A DNA stretch of 64,000 bases from Felis catus (Eukaryota): the NCBI RefSeq assembly GCF_018350175.1, contig NC_058368.1:181972001-182036000 (forward strand), in the 5' to 3' direction. Shown in pieces: positions 1 through 11,987 of the stretch (positions are counted from its first letter, which is position 1; every line of letters starts with the position of its first letter). The notes below the pieces were generated by a model that saw only the letters and a program-made list of their open reading frames with translations, was not told where the DNA came from and did not search any database. Position numbers and translations under genes: made by a program.

Positions 1-453
1 ACTTAGCATTCACATATTTAGAAATATTATGACATTAAGACTTCACCTATTTAACTCCAATCTGGCTTCCTACCTTTCTTTGTCTTTGAATCCCAAATGA
101 ACACTTGAATCATATCAGAAAAGGGTTTCTCCTTACCTAGACGTCTCTGATGCTTGATTCAGTGCCTTTACTCAAAATTCATCCCCTCCAAGGTCTTCTC
201 CTCCTCCTCCTCACTACTAATCCCAAACTAAATAACTTTTAGCCTGAGCTCACATCTGAATTCCTCTAAAATGAACTCCTCTGATTATCCACATCCAGAG
301 AGACCCTACTTTTCCTCTCAAGCCTGCAATACATATTGACAGACCACATATGGATGGTGTATATTATATGAAACGTGACTGTTAAAATCTCCCCAACTGC
401 AAGGAAAATAGAGAAGTATGGCCATTAAGGAACTTAAATAAAGTTTATCCTAA

Positions 454-652
454 GGGGCGCCTGGGTGCTCAGTCGGTTAAGCGTCCAGCTTCAGCTCATG
501 ATCTCACAGTTCGTGAGTTCAAGTGCCACGTTGGGCTCTGTGCTGACAGCTCAGAGCCTGGAGCCTGCTTCAGATTCCATGTCTCCATCTTTCTCTGTCC
601 CTCCCCTACTCTCACTTTGTGTCTCTCTCTCAAAAATAAACATAAAAAAAAA
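454..652 (+). mobile_element. Carnivore tRNA-derived SINE (SINEC, feline type)
   Basis: Starts GGGGCGCCTGGGTG-CTCAGTCGGTTAAGC, B-box-like GTTCAAGT, (CT)n tract, A tail; degenerate TSD aagtttat. Confidence 0.95.
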
Positions 653-696
653 TTAAGTTTATACTGAACTACATTTTGAGCAATGAAAAACCTTCC

Positions 697-916
697 TTGT
701 TTGTTTATTTTGTGAGAGGGAGAGAGAGTGTACATGCCAGCAGGGGAGAGGGGCATAGAGACAGAGAGAAAAGGTGAGGGACAGGGAGAGGGAGAGAATC
801 TGAGGTAGGCTTTGTGCTGGGTGTAGGTGTGGGGCTTGATCCTACAACTCTGGAATCATGACCTAAGCAGAAATCAAGAGTTGGAAGCTCAACCAACTGG
901 GCCACCCAGGCACCCC
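697..916 (-). mobile_element. SINEC
   Basis: Reverse SINE ending GCCACCCAGGCACCCC; degenerate TSD aaaaaccttcctt / aaaaacatcctt. Confidence 0.93.
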
Positions 917-1074
917 CTCAAAAACATCCTTATGTGATATATCAATATGTGCTATAAGGGTTCTGACAAAGAAAAGGAGTACCTTGTTACCTGAAAGATT
1001 TAATTCCATGATTCATGTACCTTCTAGTAAACACCAGTGAAACCCAAAATAAAAGACATTCAGTTAGATTAGAT

Positions 1075-1340
1075 TTTTCCCAAATTACATCATCTTTTTG
1101 AAATGTCACAATGCATAGCATAGGAAAGGTCTGAGAAGAAGGTCTTCAGTAAAAAAAATAAATAATAATAATAATAATAATAATAATAAGCCTAGTTAAC
1201 TTTTTTTTACTCCCCATTTCCACACCAGATTTTACCATAGAAACTTCCTTCACAGAAAACTGATTAAAAGCACATGGAATAAAGTTTTAGCATCATATGC
1301 ACTACTAAGCCATAGTCCCTGGGAAAAGATGCTGAGAAAA
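1075..1340. mobile_element. Degraded hAT-Charlie MITE remnant (MER102/MER117-like) containing an (AAT)n microsatellite
   Basis: tttttcccaaa start, catttccacacc...ccatagaaac, tgggaaaagatgctg end resemble Charlie-type termini; (AAT)n at ~1158-1189. Confidence 0.35.
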
Positions 1341-1866
1341 ACAGAACCTTAAAAAAATCTCTGTTCTATTTATGAACTTTCTGCATAAATGTGAAAGTTA
1401 AGGGGTGAGGCCACTGCTCTCAACAACCTGTGGGTAGGTGAGGACTCTAATGGTCTAAAATAATGACTGTGCTGCCCCAAACATAATTTATTTAAAGTTT
1501 TCATCTGGCTTTGAAGTTGGAATAAAACTAGACAGGGTACTATTTTCAATAAGTATTTGGTCACCAAAAACACTGATCAACGGTCATCTTTCCTACAACA
1601 TCCACTCACCTCTTAAATAACATGTTCAGTTGAATACACCACCTACTTTAAAACAACTGTAATGTGGTTTGAATCCTTTCTGGGTGAAGTAATCATGTGT
1701 TTAGGGAGTTTGCAGAGCTGAGGGCCAGAATTGAGTATACAGTTCTCAAAGAACTTCCCACAGAAGGGATTCTTAGGAAGAAGTTAAGGGTTCATGCTCT
1801 TCGTTTGGTTATACTACTGAGGACTACAGATTTGTTTTGGAGGATGTTTAAAATGATCTGCACTAG

Positions 1867-2090
1867 GGGCGCCTGGGTGGCGCAGTCGGTTAGGCGTCCG
1901 ACTTCAGCCAGGTCACGATCTCGCGGTCCGTGAGTTCGAGCCCCGCGTCGGGCTCTGGGCTGATGGCTCAGAGCCTGGAGCCTGTTTCCGATTCTGTGTC
2001 TCCCTCTCTCTCTGCCCTTCCCCCGTTCATGCTGTCTCTCTCTGTCCCAAAGATAAATAAACATTGAAAAAAAATAAAATTAAAAAAAAA
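1867..2090 (+). mobile_element. Young SINEC_Fc
   Basis: CpG-rich, near-consensus body; perfect 18-bp TSD TAAAATGATCTGCACTAG at 1849-1866 and 2091-2108. Confidence 0.98.
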
Positions 2091-2281
2091 TAAAATGATC
2101 TGCACTAGAAGATATAACCTCCTGTTGTTACTGCTTTGTCACTTGGCTAATTTTTTCACTTCTAAGCAATACTTTTTAAAGAAAGGTGGTTGTAAGGTTT
2201 AAATGAGATAGTATCTGTAACACTTAATAAATATTAGTATGATTTTTATGGTTATATCTGCTACTTTTAGTACTGCTATTT

Positions 2282-2502
2282 ATTTTATTTTTAATTTTTT
2301 TTTTACATTTATTTATTTTTTTTAGAGACATAGAGAACAAGTAGGGGAGGGGCAGAGAGAGAAGGAGACACAGAATCCGAAGCAGGCTCCAGGCTCTGAG
2401 CTGTCAGCACAGAGCCTGATGTGGGGCTCGAACCCACAAACCGTGAGATCATGACGTGAGCCGAAGTTGGATGCTTAACCGACTGAGCCACCCAGGAACC
2501 CC
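2282..2502 (-). mobile_element. SINEC
   Basis: Full-length reverse SINE; TSD agt(a/g)ctgctattt. Confidence 0.96.
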
Positions 2503-2539
2503 AGTGCTGCTATTTCTTTAAATTTCCAGACTAAAGGGA

Positions 2540-3180
2540 ATCATTTGTTAAACGCAATGATAACTGCTAATCTGTTAGGTGCCAGGGCTATGCTAAATTT
2601 GCAAGATACAGCAATGAACAAGATACAGTCGCTACATGTAAGAGTGCACGGTCTTGTCAGGAAGGCAAATAAGGAAACCCAAAATTAAAACACACTCTGG
2701 TAAGTACTCTAAATGAGCTGTTCCCAGGATATCATGGGAACAGAGAAGAAACCAGCTCAGCCAAGCTGGAATCAGGATAGTACTCTACAAGGTAGAGGCC
2801 GTTGAGGTAAAAATAAAGGTAAGGAGGAATTAGCCATCTGGGCAAAGCTAGAGATTGGTGGGTGGAGTAGAGGAAAAACAAAGCATTTCAGGCTGGCTGA
2901 GGGAGCTTGGAGCATTTGAGAAATTTGCAAATCATTTTTTTAAAACACAGCTGCCCCATAGGTATCATCTGTAAAGTAAATCAGGAGAAATATGTGTGTT
3001 CACAAATAATTGGGCTCATTTATCCTAAGAAGGTGTCTATACTTTATCATGCAGGCAGAGAGGAACACTCTATTGTATAGTTTTAATCCAAAGAATGACA
3101 ATTTGATGTGGACAGATGAAGAGAACAGTGATGGGGAAGGAGACCTAGTAGCCAACTTCTGGAATCATTAAGGTTAGTGA
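2540..3180 (-). mobile_element. L2 LINE 3' fragment
   Basis: gtgccagggctatgcta...gatacagcaatgaacaagatacagtc and downstream purine-rich blocks typical of antisense L2. Confidence 0.7.
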
Positions 3181-3325
3181 TATTCACCATGTTATCTGCA
3201 GTTCACTCATCCTGGGTAAAGTGATCAAGTAATCAAAATTCAGTATAAAATGGACAGCAATTAGTCGTACAGCAAGAATTCAAATGGAGAAAGTAATGAT
3301 GTCCATTTTTTCCCCTTGGTTACAG

Positions 3326-4495
3326 GTGCACTACAAGGGAATAAAATCTCTCCACTCCCCCAGAGCAGCCTTGAAAGTCTAGGCTCTCTCATTCCTAGAG
3401 GAGAAAATACGATCTTTTTCTTTTACCTTCCTTTTGTTTTATAAGCCCAGGCTTTCGAATGGAAGGGTGGATTTGGATTATTTTCAAGAGAGAGGACTCT
3501 TGGTTTATGGAGAACAGCCAGACTCCAGAGAACTTCTGAATTATTTCTATACAGGCCAGACCTGTGTCCATGTGAGGTAAATGCCTAGGCACCAAAAAAT
3601 AATCCCTGAAACCTTGGGTTACCAACAAAAATCATGGAGCCAAATGTGGCATGGGTAAATAGCTAAGTTTCCCACTTTCTACCAGACCCACGTGATTTAG
3701 GGCTGAAAATCTCAGAGGTTACCATTTAAAACTGAAGAACAGAAGCCCCTCCCAATCTGAGTTCTTAAAGAGGAGCTCTCACCCCCTGAGGAGAATTTAT
3801 ATTTTTTACCAATCACAGGTGGAGACGGAGAGGTTGGAAAGGGTGGGGAAGTCAGTTTTAACTTGTGTAATAAATGAACTTAAGGCTTAACAAAATCTGC
3901 TATTTGTTAGCTAAAGTTAGCAAGTTAATTGATTCTATGGAAAACTCTGGTGTTAAGTTGTGCTCCCACAGAGGCCTTGCCAGTGTTGCAAAAACACACC
4001 ACATTTGTCGAAAGACTTATTTATGGTTGGAATTTCCAGGTAGGGCATCTTATTTGCCATGAATTATCAGAGCTGATTTGATTTGATTGTGCTTTTCATT
4101 TGCTCTCGTTCTTTTTAAAAATTATAAATTACTGTTAGTTTCATCATTGTTGATTTAGTTTGTTGTGTGTTGATCTGTTAACCCTAAGGTTACATTACCA
4201 GTGGTTTTCATCTGTAAGTCTTTAATAACCAGACTTGGTTCAAAGTACACATTCAAAGATGAACCACTCATATTCCTATTGCTAAAGCATTTGTGTTACA
4301 GTAGTGATGTAATTGTAACATTTTTGTGACACTTAAGTAGCTTGTGAAATATTGTTAAGAGTGAGTGCATATTTTGAATTTATAGAACATTGGTTTATAC
4401 TTACTGTATAAGCTTAAACTCCTAAGACACTGCCTTTGTAAATAATCTTGCACTTTTTTTTAATCAAATAAATGATACCCAATTCTCTATCACTG
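3326..4495 (+). other. Putative terminal exon / 3'UTR of an unidentified gene extending left of the window
   Basis: Acceptor tttttccccttggttacag|G at 3325; all three frames stop within ~120 nt; TE-free; several TGTA elements, TGTAAATA 4437, AATAAA 4467-4472, GT/T-rich downstream element 4502-4531. Confidence 0.5.
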
Positions 4496-4531
4496 TCAAA
4501 CCGTGTTGCCACTGTTTATTTTTGTCTCTTT
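4467..4531 (+). terminator. Candidate polyadenylation signal (AATAAA + CA site + GU/U-rich DSE)
   Basis: AATAAA, CA ~20 nt downstream (4491), then cgtgttgccactgtttatttttgtctcttt. Confidence 0.5.
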
Positions 4532-5039
4532 GAACTAATTGTTAATCAACAAATTTATTTTCCATTCAGAAGTACCCTTGGGTAGGAGTGGAGAGAGTTG
4601 GCTCACGAGGTTCTTTGCCTTGTCTAAAAATGGACTGTGATCTAAAAAGTTTGAGAATTGCTAGTGTGAATATGAAGCGAGGACAGCTTAAAGAGAAGCA
4701 GAAACTCCTCTTAGGAAGAGGTGGTAAATTTTATCATCACCCGGGGCCCACAAGCTGTCAGCAATTATATTAACCTTTCAGGTTAACCTGCAGCCTAGGC
4801 AGAAATGAAGAATGTAGAAAAGAACTGCATAAGCTACTCACAAACACACATTTAGCTTCCCAACCTTTTCTGTGTCTGGATTTAATGGATAAAATCCTTG
4901 CCAATTTGCACCCTGCTTCCCAATATGCAACTACTTGGATTGCAATCAATATTCTAAGTAAAGCCCCTTTTATTTTCCCTTAAAAATCTAAACATGATTC
5001 AAATGCCAATAATAATAATAATTTATAGATCAGAAATGT

Positions 5040-5262
5040 CAGAAACCAAAAAATCATGCCTAGATATAATAGATATTAAGTATGCTATTATGTGCCTAGA
5101 AAATTTGATCTGGAGAGATATAAAGCAAATTATTAACAGTGGGTAATTCTTGCAGGGGAATTATTGGAAACTTTAATTTTCTGTAGTATATATTTTAACT
5201 CTATGTTTTATATTTCATATTTGATTTTTGAAATAGAGACCATTCATTGCTTTATAATAAAG
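5040..5262 (+). mobile_element. Old L1 (L1MC/L1ME-type) 3' end fragment
   Basis: ctggagagatataaagcaaattattaacagtgggtaattc...cattgctttataataaag. Confidence 0.55.
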
Positions 5263-5779
5263 ATATACATGAAGTGTGTTTCTTTTGGTTTTAAGATAGA
5301 TATAGCCCTCATTAATGAGAAATACAAGGAGAAAGAATGAACTAGAATCTGTGTTTTGTAGGCTAGACTCACTCACAAACCACCTTAATGTTTCCTAACG
5401 TATTACTAGCATTTGCACAATTGTTTACTTAATACTTTAGCTTCATTCCAAGCCATATAACCTGGAAATCATGTGTTTGATATGCTGGTTATATTAAAAG
5501 AGTTCTTTTTATATTAAACCTGTTCTTCCAGGTACCTGCTGCAATTATGTTGCACAATCTCATATGGGGCTACATTTTGGAAATCTCTGATGGGAGGACC
5601 CCCGAGATTCCTTTCGATCCCAAGATTCTACAAGTTCTAGAAAGAAAATCCTGGCTGCCCTGGTCCTTTGTATTGCACTATTTTTTTTTTAACTTCCTTA
5701 GTTTTCCAGGTAGCACTTAATAATTCAGGACTGTGCGATTTTCCAGACTCCTTTCTTGATTACTGAATATTGCACAGTG

Positions 5780-6001
5780 CAGGGGCAACACATTTTTTTT
5801 TCTGTCAAGGGCCAGACAGTAAATATTTTAAGCCTTGGGGACCATATACTGTTTCTATCAGTCCCCTCTCCCCTTCCCTCCTTTATCTTCAACAGCTTCT
5901 ACAATGCTTTTTAAAGGTAAAAGCCATTCTTAGCTCCTAAGCAGTGTAAAAAAAAGGCTATAATCTAGATTTGACCCACAGGCCATAGTTGCTGACCCCT
6001 G
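5780..6001 (+). mobile_element. MER58 (MER58C-like) hAT-Charlie MITE
   Basis: CAGGGG...CCCCTG termini; internal ttttctgtcaagggccagacagtaaatatttta and gccattcttagctc. Confidence 0.88.
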
Positions 6002-6989
6002 GGATGCTGCAATGGTTTGTCCTGCAGAGTTTGGTAAAAATATAGTACTTTGGGCATGGTGGCTATACAGTGGATATTTGCTGGTTTGATTTCGGAAGGT
6101 ACTGGTATTCATAAGTCTATTTTCTTCTCCTTGCCACTGGTTTTAGTAAGAGTTTGGGTAGTGAGGAATGTCTAATATAAAATGGCAGTTTTCTGTGGAT
6201 TTTAATTATCCAGGTCATTTCTGTACCCCCACCCCACTCCTACCAGTATGACAGGTACCTCAAAACTCTTTGTGGTTCATTCCTTCTGCTGGTACCCAGA
6301 AGTTCAGAATCCCTTCCTGAGTACCAGTGGGGAAATGGAGGAGATGCACCTTTACAGAGGCTAGAGCTGGCTTTTAAAATACATTTGAGTTTTAACAATT
6401 TCACATTCATTTCTGCTAATGATTGGGGAAGTGAAGCTTTCCTTTGAGTCACCTTTCCTCTTCTAAAAGAGTGTCTGCATTTCACCTTTATAGGAAGCTC
6501 TGGGCTCAGTGCTTCATCCCACATCAAAACTCACCCCTGGGATTTCCACCTTCAAACAAGTGAAACAAATGCGTTCCTGCAGGGGGGCATGCTGCCAAAG
6601 AGGAGAGAAGTTATCCAGATATCAGAACTATTCAGATAGGATTGCCCACTTAGAGGAAATCAGGGGCTAATAGAGAACACTTCCAGTGGGGGACCACTTA
6701 GCACTCAGTCCCACAGGCATCCAATCTCTTTAGAGCTGGCCAGGAAAAAAAGCCCCTCCACGTTTACGTGAGCCAAGAAAGTGTGTAATAGACTATACAA
6801 CACAGCATGCGCTAAGCAATAGTTTTTGATTACCTTTATCTTAACTTTCCCAATTAATGAACACTTTCCCACAACTAAGTCACATTTCCTAGAGATATTT
6901 GCTTGAACAAAGCCTTCCTTCTCTCTAAATCTTTTGCATTTTACCATTTACCTAAAAGAAAAGATGGATAAGGATAGATGTTTCATGTT

Positions 6990-6991
6990 GA

Positions 6992-7031
<40 letters not shown>

Positions 7032-7077
7032 AAAGAAAAGAAAAGAAAAAAGAAAGAAAAAAGAAAAAGAAAAAAAT
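6990..7077 (+). repeat. (GAAA)n/(GAAAA)n polypurine microsatellite
   Basis: Direct reading. Confidence 0.95.
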
Positions 7078-8005
7078 AGTTCCATTAGCAACTTTGGTAA
7101 GAAATTGCTCCACATTGTTCCTCTGACAAGTAATTTTTCCCAGCATGTGTGCATCTTAAAAGTATTGCAAAACAATATCTTAAAATGAACTGATTAGTAT
7201 GCATGCTCTGTGGTCACATTTAAGTTCTATTTATAAAATCTATTCTGTTCCAGGCTCAGACAAACAAAACTGAAATGCAGCTGTGTAACACATTGATAAT
7301 TTTCATTAGTTCTAAAAGCCTCAATAGAATTTGCAATTTTATTCATTACATCTAAATAATCCTGGAAAACCCGTTGTGAAGGTGACCTTTCACTTTTTCC
7401 CCCTTTCACTTTTTCTTTGTGATTTGCCGGAGTATGTATTTGTGTGTGTGTGTGCTCATGCCTGTGTGCATGCGTGCGCTCCCGTGTGCGTGAGAGAGAA
7501 TCAGGAAGGGCTGGGCAGGGGAAGGAGATTTTTACAGGAGTGAAGCACAAAACAGAACAAGAAATCAAGTCAGGCAAAGATGAAAAATGAGGCACAGGGA
7601 ATCAAAATCCCCCACGTATATTCTGAAAGCCCTTCTAATGAGGGGCATTCTGCCATCATTACCCAGATGTGAACAAGCCCAGATTTCTGAAGTCGCTCTG
7701 TGTTACTGTGGGCAAATGTGGATTATATTCTAATTCCTTGGGAGTCAGTGCTCTTTTTTGATCTGAAGAGATGAGGATTTTCCCAGAAAGTGAGCCAAAG
7801 GACAGACCCACGAGAAATAACAGTGCTACTTCATCCAACTCAAATTTGCTCTTGCAAAATAAAACAATGCCAACTTTGAAGACGGCTCCTCTTAGCGTGA
7901 ACGTTTTTTGTGTGTGGATCTTTGAAAAATACTTTTAAAACATACGTTTACCAGAATGCTGGAAGCCAGCCATGAAACCCCAAGGAAGTCTTTAGAAAAT
8001 TAAGA

Positions 8006-8011
<6 letters not shown>

Positions 8012-8058
<47 letters not shown>
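8012..8058 (+). repeat. (CA)n microsatellite
   Basis: Perfect CA run. Confidence 0.98.
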
Positions 8059-8060
<2 letters not shown>

Positions 8061-8399
8061 AGAGTAAGAACGTATTATGACAGGTGAGAAATAAAGACAA
8101 ACACTTGCAAGTTAGTGGCTCCTGAGAGGATGTTCCAACAATGACCAGGTAATTAAAGGGATAAAACCTTGCATGTAAAGAATGTGAGGCACGTGACAGA
8201 TAAATATATAGGTGGGGATACAAATACACTCAAGGGTTTATCTGATAATCGCTAATTTGAGACTAAAGATAATGATAGTTACATCTTCCTAACCAAAGCC
8301 TCAGCAAGGATTTTTTTATTTCAGTGTCTCCAAAAGTATGATATTAAAAACAACAAGAACCAAAGGTGGTGGGTATGGATAGTGGCAAGTTGAAATTCT

Positions 8400-8600
8400 G
8401 GGAATTATTTAGCTTAAGCTAAGTTGGACAGCTTCCACTGTGCTCAGAACTTTTAACACGAGAATGTCAAATTTTAATCTCCACAAGAGAAGATGCAGTA
8501 TAAGACATTTCCATACTGATGGAACCACAAAACGCCTTTTTTTTTTCTGCAGACTATCCTGCAGAATTAGGGTTCTGGGGACAAGTTTTGGGCAATGCCT
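8400..8600. mobile_element. Degraded hAT-Charlie MITE remnant
   Basis: aatctccacaagagaagatgcagtataagacatttccatactgatggaaccacaaaac resembles MER102/MER112-type internal sequence. Confidence 0.4.
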
Positions 8601-9889
8601 GTTTATGTGAACAATTGCTTTAGTCAACTAATAGAAATCATGGTTCAGATGAAAGAACACTGTAGCATGACTCATGCTGAGTGAAGAGGGAGAGAATCAA
8701 AGCATGGAGTTTTCTGCAAGCCTATTAGTTTCCCATGAGAGCGAGCGAGCAAGCTGGGCTTTTAGAAGACTCAGGGAAACATGAAATAGGAGAAAGAAAG
8801 ACAAAAGTGGGAAAAATGCCCTTCACCAAAATTTACAATTTGCCCAATTTTAAGCCTTTGACACTCTAATTGAAGACACAAATTTGAAACCAAGAATCTT
8901 GAAAGGTTCTGGAGGTTTCCTTGTCAACTGTTAGATAAATAAGCATCTTTTCACGATACATTACAAGTTCACTAAAAATGTGCCTATAAAATTACATGAA
9001 ATTCCACCTCATTTCAAAATTACTATACCCAAGGACTCTCAGAAGACAGGCAGTCTACACTGTTTGGAGAGTTTTAGGCAAGAGATGGTACCAAAGAAGT
9101 CTCTGGTCAATATTTGAGGAGTATGGAAAGAACACTAGAAAGGAATTCATCCAGAGCTATAGAACTTGAGTGTGAAGAGCCATAGAATGCAGTCACTACA
9201 AGGAAGGTTCACAGAGTCACCTGCATATCACTGCAGAAGTTGAGAGATTTTTCGACTGCTTTACCTCCTGAAGATTCATAGGATAGGAAACTTCATGCAG
9301 TGAGGCCCGTGTTCTGAACATAGCTAGGGCAACAGACACATTTATGAACGTTATAAAAGAATTAAGCCCTAGCAATTGCTGGCACATTAACATTATGGTA
9401 AGGATTTACTAGTTCGGAGCCTTTATGAGAGTCAATTACAGACTTGTTAGACCATGTGGGCCTACAATTATGTAACAGTTTTCGGTAGTCATGGTACTAA
9501 CTGGGCTTGTTGGAGCTATTAGAGTTTGATCACTTTTTCTAAATATTGAACAAAATACCTATTTTAAATACATTATACACATAAATTTTGAAATAAATTA
9601 ATATTCTATCCCCCATTTTCTTTTTTTTATAAATTGTCAATCATCACATTGCTTTAAAATTTTAGGTCAAGTGGATTATAAATTATGTTAATGCAATTGA
9701 CTTGAGTTGCCTCCACTTTGGCTGATAAAGGGAAATACCCACTATTCTTTTTCAACATCAGGTGAACCAAGCTGTTACAATGGAACTTCTGAGTGACCTA
9801 GCAACTTATCGCATTATTATTTTAGCATGCATTCTTATTGTAACTTTAAATCTGCTTTAATAATGTCAGGAAGTATTCATTTACTGGGA

Positions 9890-10032
9890 ATAATAGTGTT
9901 CCAGCTTAAAAGTAGGAACTTGGGAAAGAATTTAGGTGTGCTGAAAACTATGAAGGCCAGACAACTACCACGACAAATGCTGTGAATTTAGGACAGGATA
10001 CCATGCGCATTATTGGAGACAATGCTGACCAA
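9890..10032. mobile_element. Possible MER81/MER94-like hAT-Blackjack MITE remnant
   Basis: gacaaatgctgtgaatttaggacag...ggagacaatgctgacc resembles the Blackjack MITE end. Confidence 0.3.
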
Positions 10033-10499
10033 ATAGAAAGCAACTCTAATCTAGCTACACTTTGAGTTTGCAAAAATCATCTTATATAACAAGGTAAATA
10101 AAGTGGAAAAAATGCCAGTGACATGGCCACAGAATCGATCCTCAGCTATAATGATTACAGTTGTAAGCACCTTGAGAATTCACTCCAATTACTTTCTATT
10201 TGTCACTAGGGCAAAATTAATGTTGAATTATGCCAGTTTTTAATTATGAGACCTTTTCAAGAATATACCTTTGGCATAAAATGAGACTATCTTGCACCAA
10301 CATGTCATTTCTTCTGAAAGTCATTCATTACCAAGCCAACCCAACAAAGATATACTTGAGTGCTACTCTATCAAAAAGAACACAATTAAGAATACCTGAC
10401 ACCTACTGCTTATTATGTACTTAGAATATGGCCAAGACTTCGTATTTACTGTTTCATATCATTCGTAACAGCCATACACTGATTTGTCTACTGGTCCTG

Positions 10500-10615
10500 T
10501 GAATATTTTACAGTGAGTTTTCTGAAGTTTAGAGAGTTGATGTACCGGTCCAAGATCACACAGTTTCAAACACACTCTGCAAGTCCAGAGCCTCCACTCT
10601 TAACCATACACTATA
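10500..10615 (-). mobile_element. MIR fragment
   Basis: ttttacagtgagttttctgaagtttagagagttgatgtaccggtccaagatcacacag...ctcttaaccatacactat. Confidence 0.7.
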
Positions 10616-11987
10616 TTAAGGCAAAGTTAAAATGCAAGAACCTGAAAATTCACGTATGTTGCCTCCTTCTTGGACTTGCCTTGATTCAACAAAGCTTGTT
10701 TTTGATGTGTTTATAAAGCCAAGAAAAATGGTCAATTACTGTGCACAGTGTTATTTCTTTAATTCCATAAGAGGAAGATAATAAGGATAATGAGGACGGT
10801 TCCTTTGTAATTCCAGTGTGATATTTTTGTGGGTGGTTTTCAAAGCACATGGTATGCAATTAGAGATAATGTGGATGGCTCCTTGTTTTCCAGGCATGTG
10901 CCATCCACTGGGCATTTGCTGAGAGTGCTTGATGTGTATGCCTCAGGAATTGATGTGAACATTTCATTTGCCTCTCAAGTTTGAGAGCTCTCAGGATTCT
11001 GGCAGTGGCACATGCCCTCACATGACTTGTAATGGAGAGCAACAAGGAGGAGTCTCCATTATATTTTAAATATAGAGTCTTGCTTCTGACAGTATTTCCT
11101 CCTTTAAAAAAAAAACAACAAAAAACTTCTTCTCTGTACTTAAAATTGCCACAGTAATCAGGAAAGTGACTTGAAACTGTGGCCTACTAGCTTTCCTTAT
11201 TTATTCTCTTGCTATGACTTTCATCATAACTTTTCAGAAGGCACACACCAAAAGAGAACTATTCTCCCTGCCAAGGCATTTAAGCTCAGCAGAAGCAGAT
11301 GTCCAGCAGTGTAATTTCTGCCCAAGTGTCACTGATATATTATTGAGGAAACATCAAATCAGATGAGTACTGGAAAAATTAAAGCTTATTCCCACAGTCT
11401 CTCTGCTTGACCTATACTCCTGAAGTTAGATTTACATTAACCTTCCAGCCTCATATTCCCTAACCTTTACCTTACCCATGCATTATAGAAAAAAAAACAA
11501 CTTCTTTTTCAGTGAGTGCTTTTCAACAGTGCTTTTGCTTTCAGGCATCTTTTTTAACTGTTTTATTTGTCTGCTTTTCTTGTTTTTCCCAGATGATGTC
11601 CTAGCCACTGTCCTTGCCAAAGTAACCTGACACACATCTTTCCATATTTTTCTATATAGGTAAAGTCAGTCATTGTTTACCCACCCCTCCAAAAAAAGAA
11701 AATATAATATTCTACAGTCTGCTCTGCATCTTGCCTTTCTCACAAGCTTTTACTACTTACTATTAAGTAATTCTCATCTCAATTGTTCTTTGGCTCTTTT
11801 TCATAGATGTTCATTGCTTTGATAGGTAATGAACTCTGATGGCAACGTTCCATATAACAGGGTTTATTCATGACATGTCACTAGCTATCCTGGTCCATTT
11901 TCAACTAATGCTGAGTGGGAAGGAATAGATGCACAGGTAATATATCTGCTCTTAAAGCACATATAATTTAATAGTTAACTTATTTAA

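Noticed and set aside
1867..1945. tRNA-like A and B boxes
   Set aside because: This is the tRNA-derived head of a SINE, followed by (CT)n, an A tail and a TSD; not a tRNA gene
465..2491. ORFs such as MAQSVKHPTSA.../...WVAQSVRRPTSARSRSRGP recurring through the window
   Set aside because: They are translations of SINEC copies, not a protein family
6240..6527. 95-aa minus-strand ORF in unique sequence
   Set aside because: Non-ATG start, no recognisable domain, no convincing splice-site pair
6934..7188. Lys/Glu/Arg-rich ORF and Phe/Leu-rich antisense ORFs (similar case at 44601-44921)
   Set aside because: Produced by (GAAA)n / A-rich low-complexity tracts
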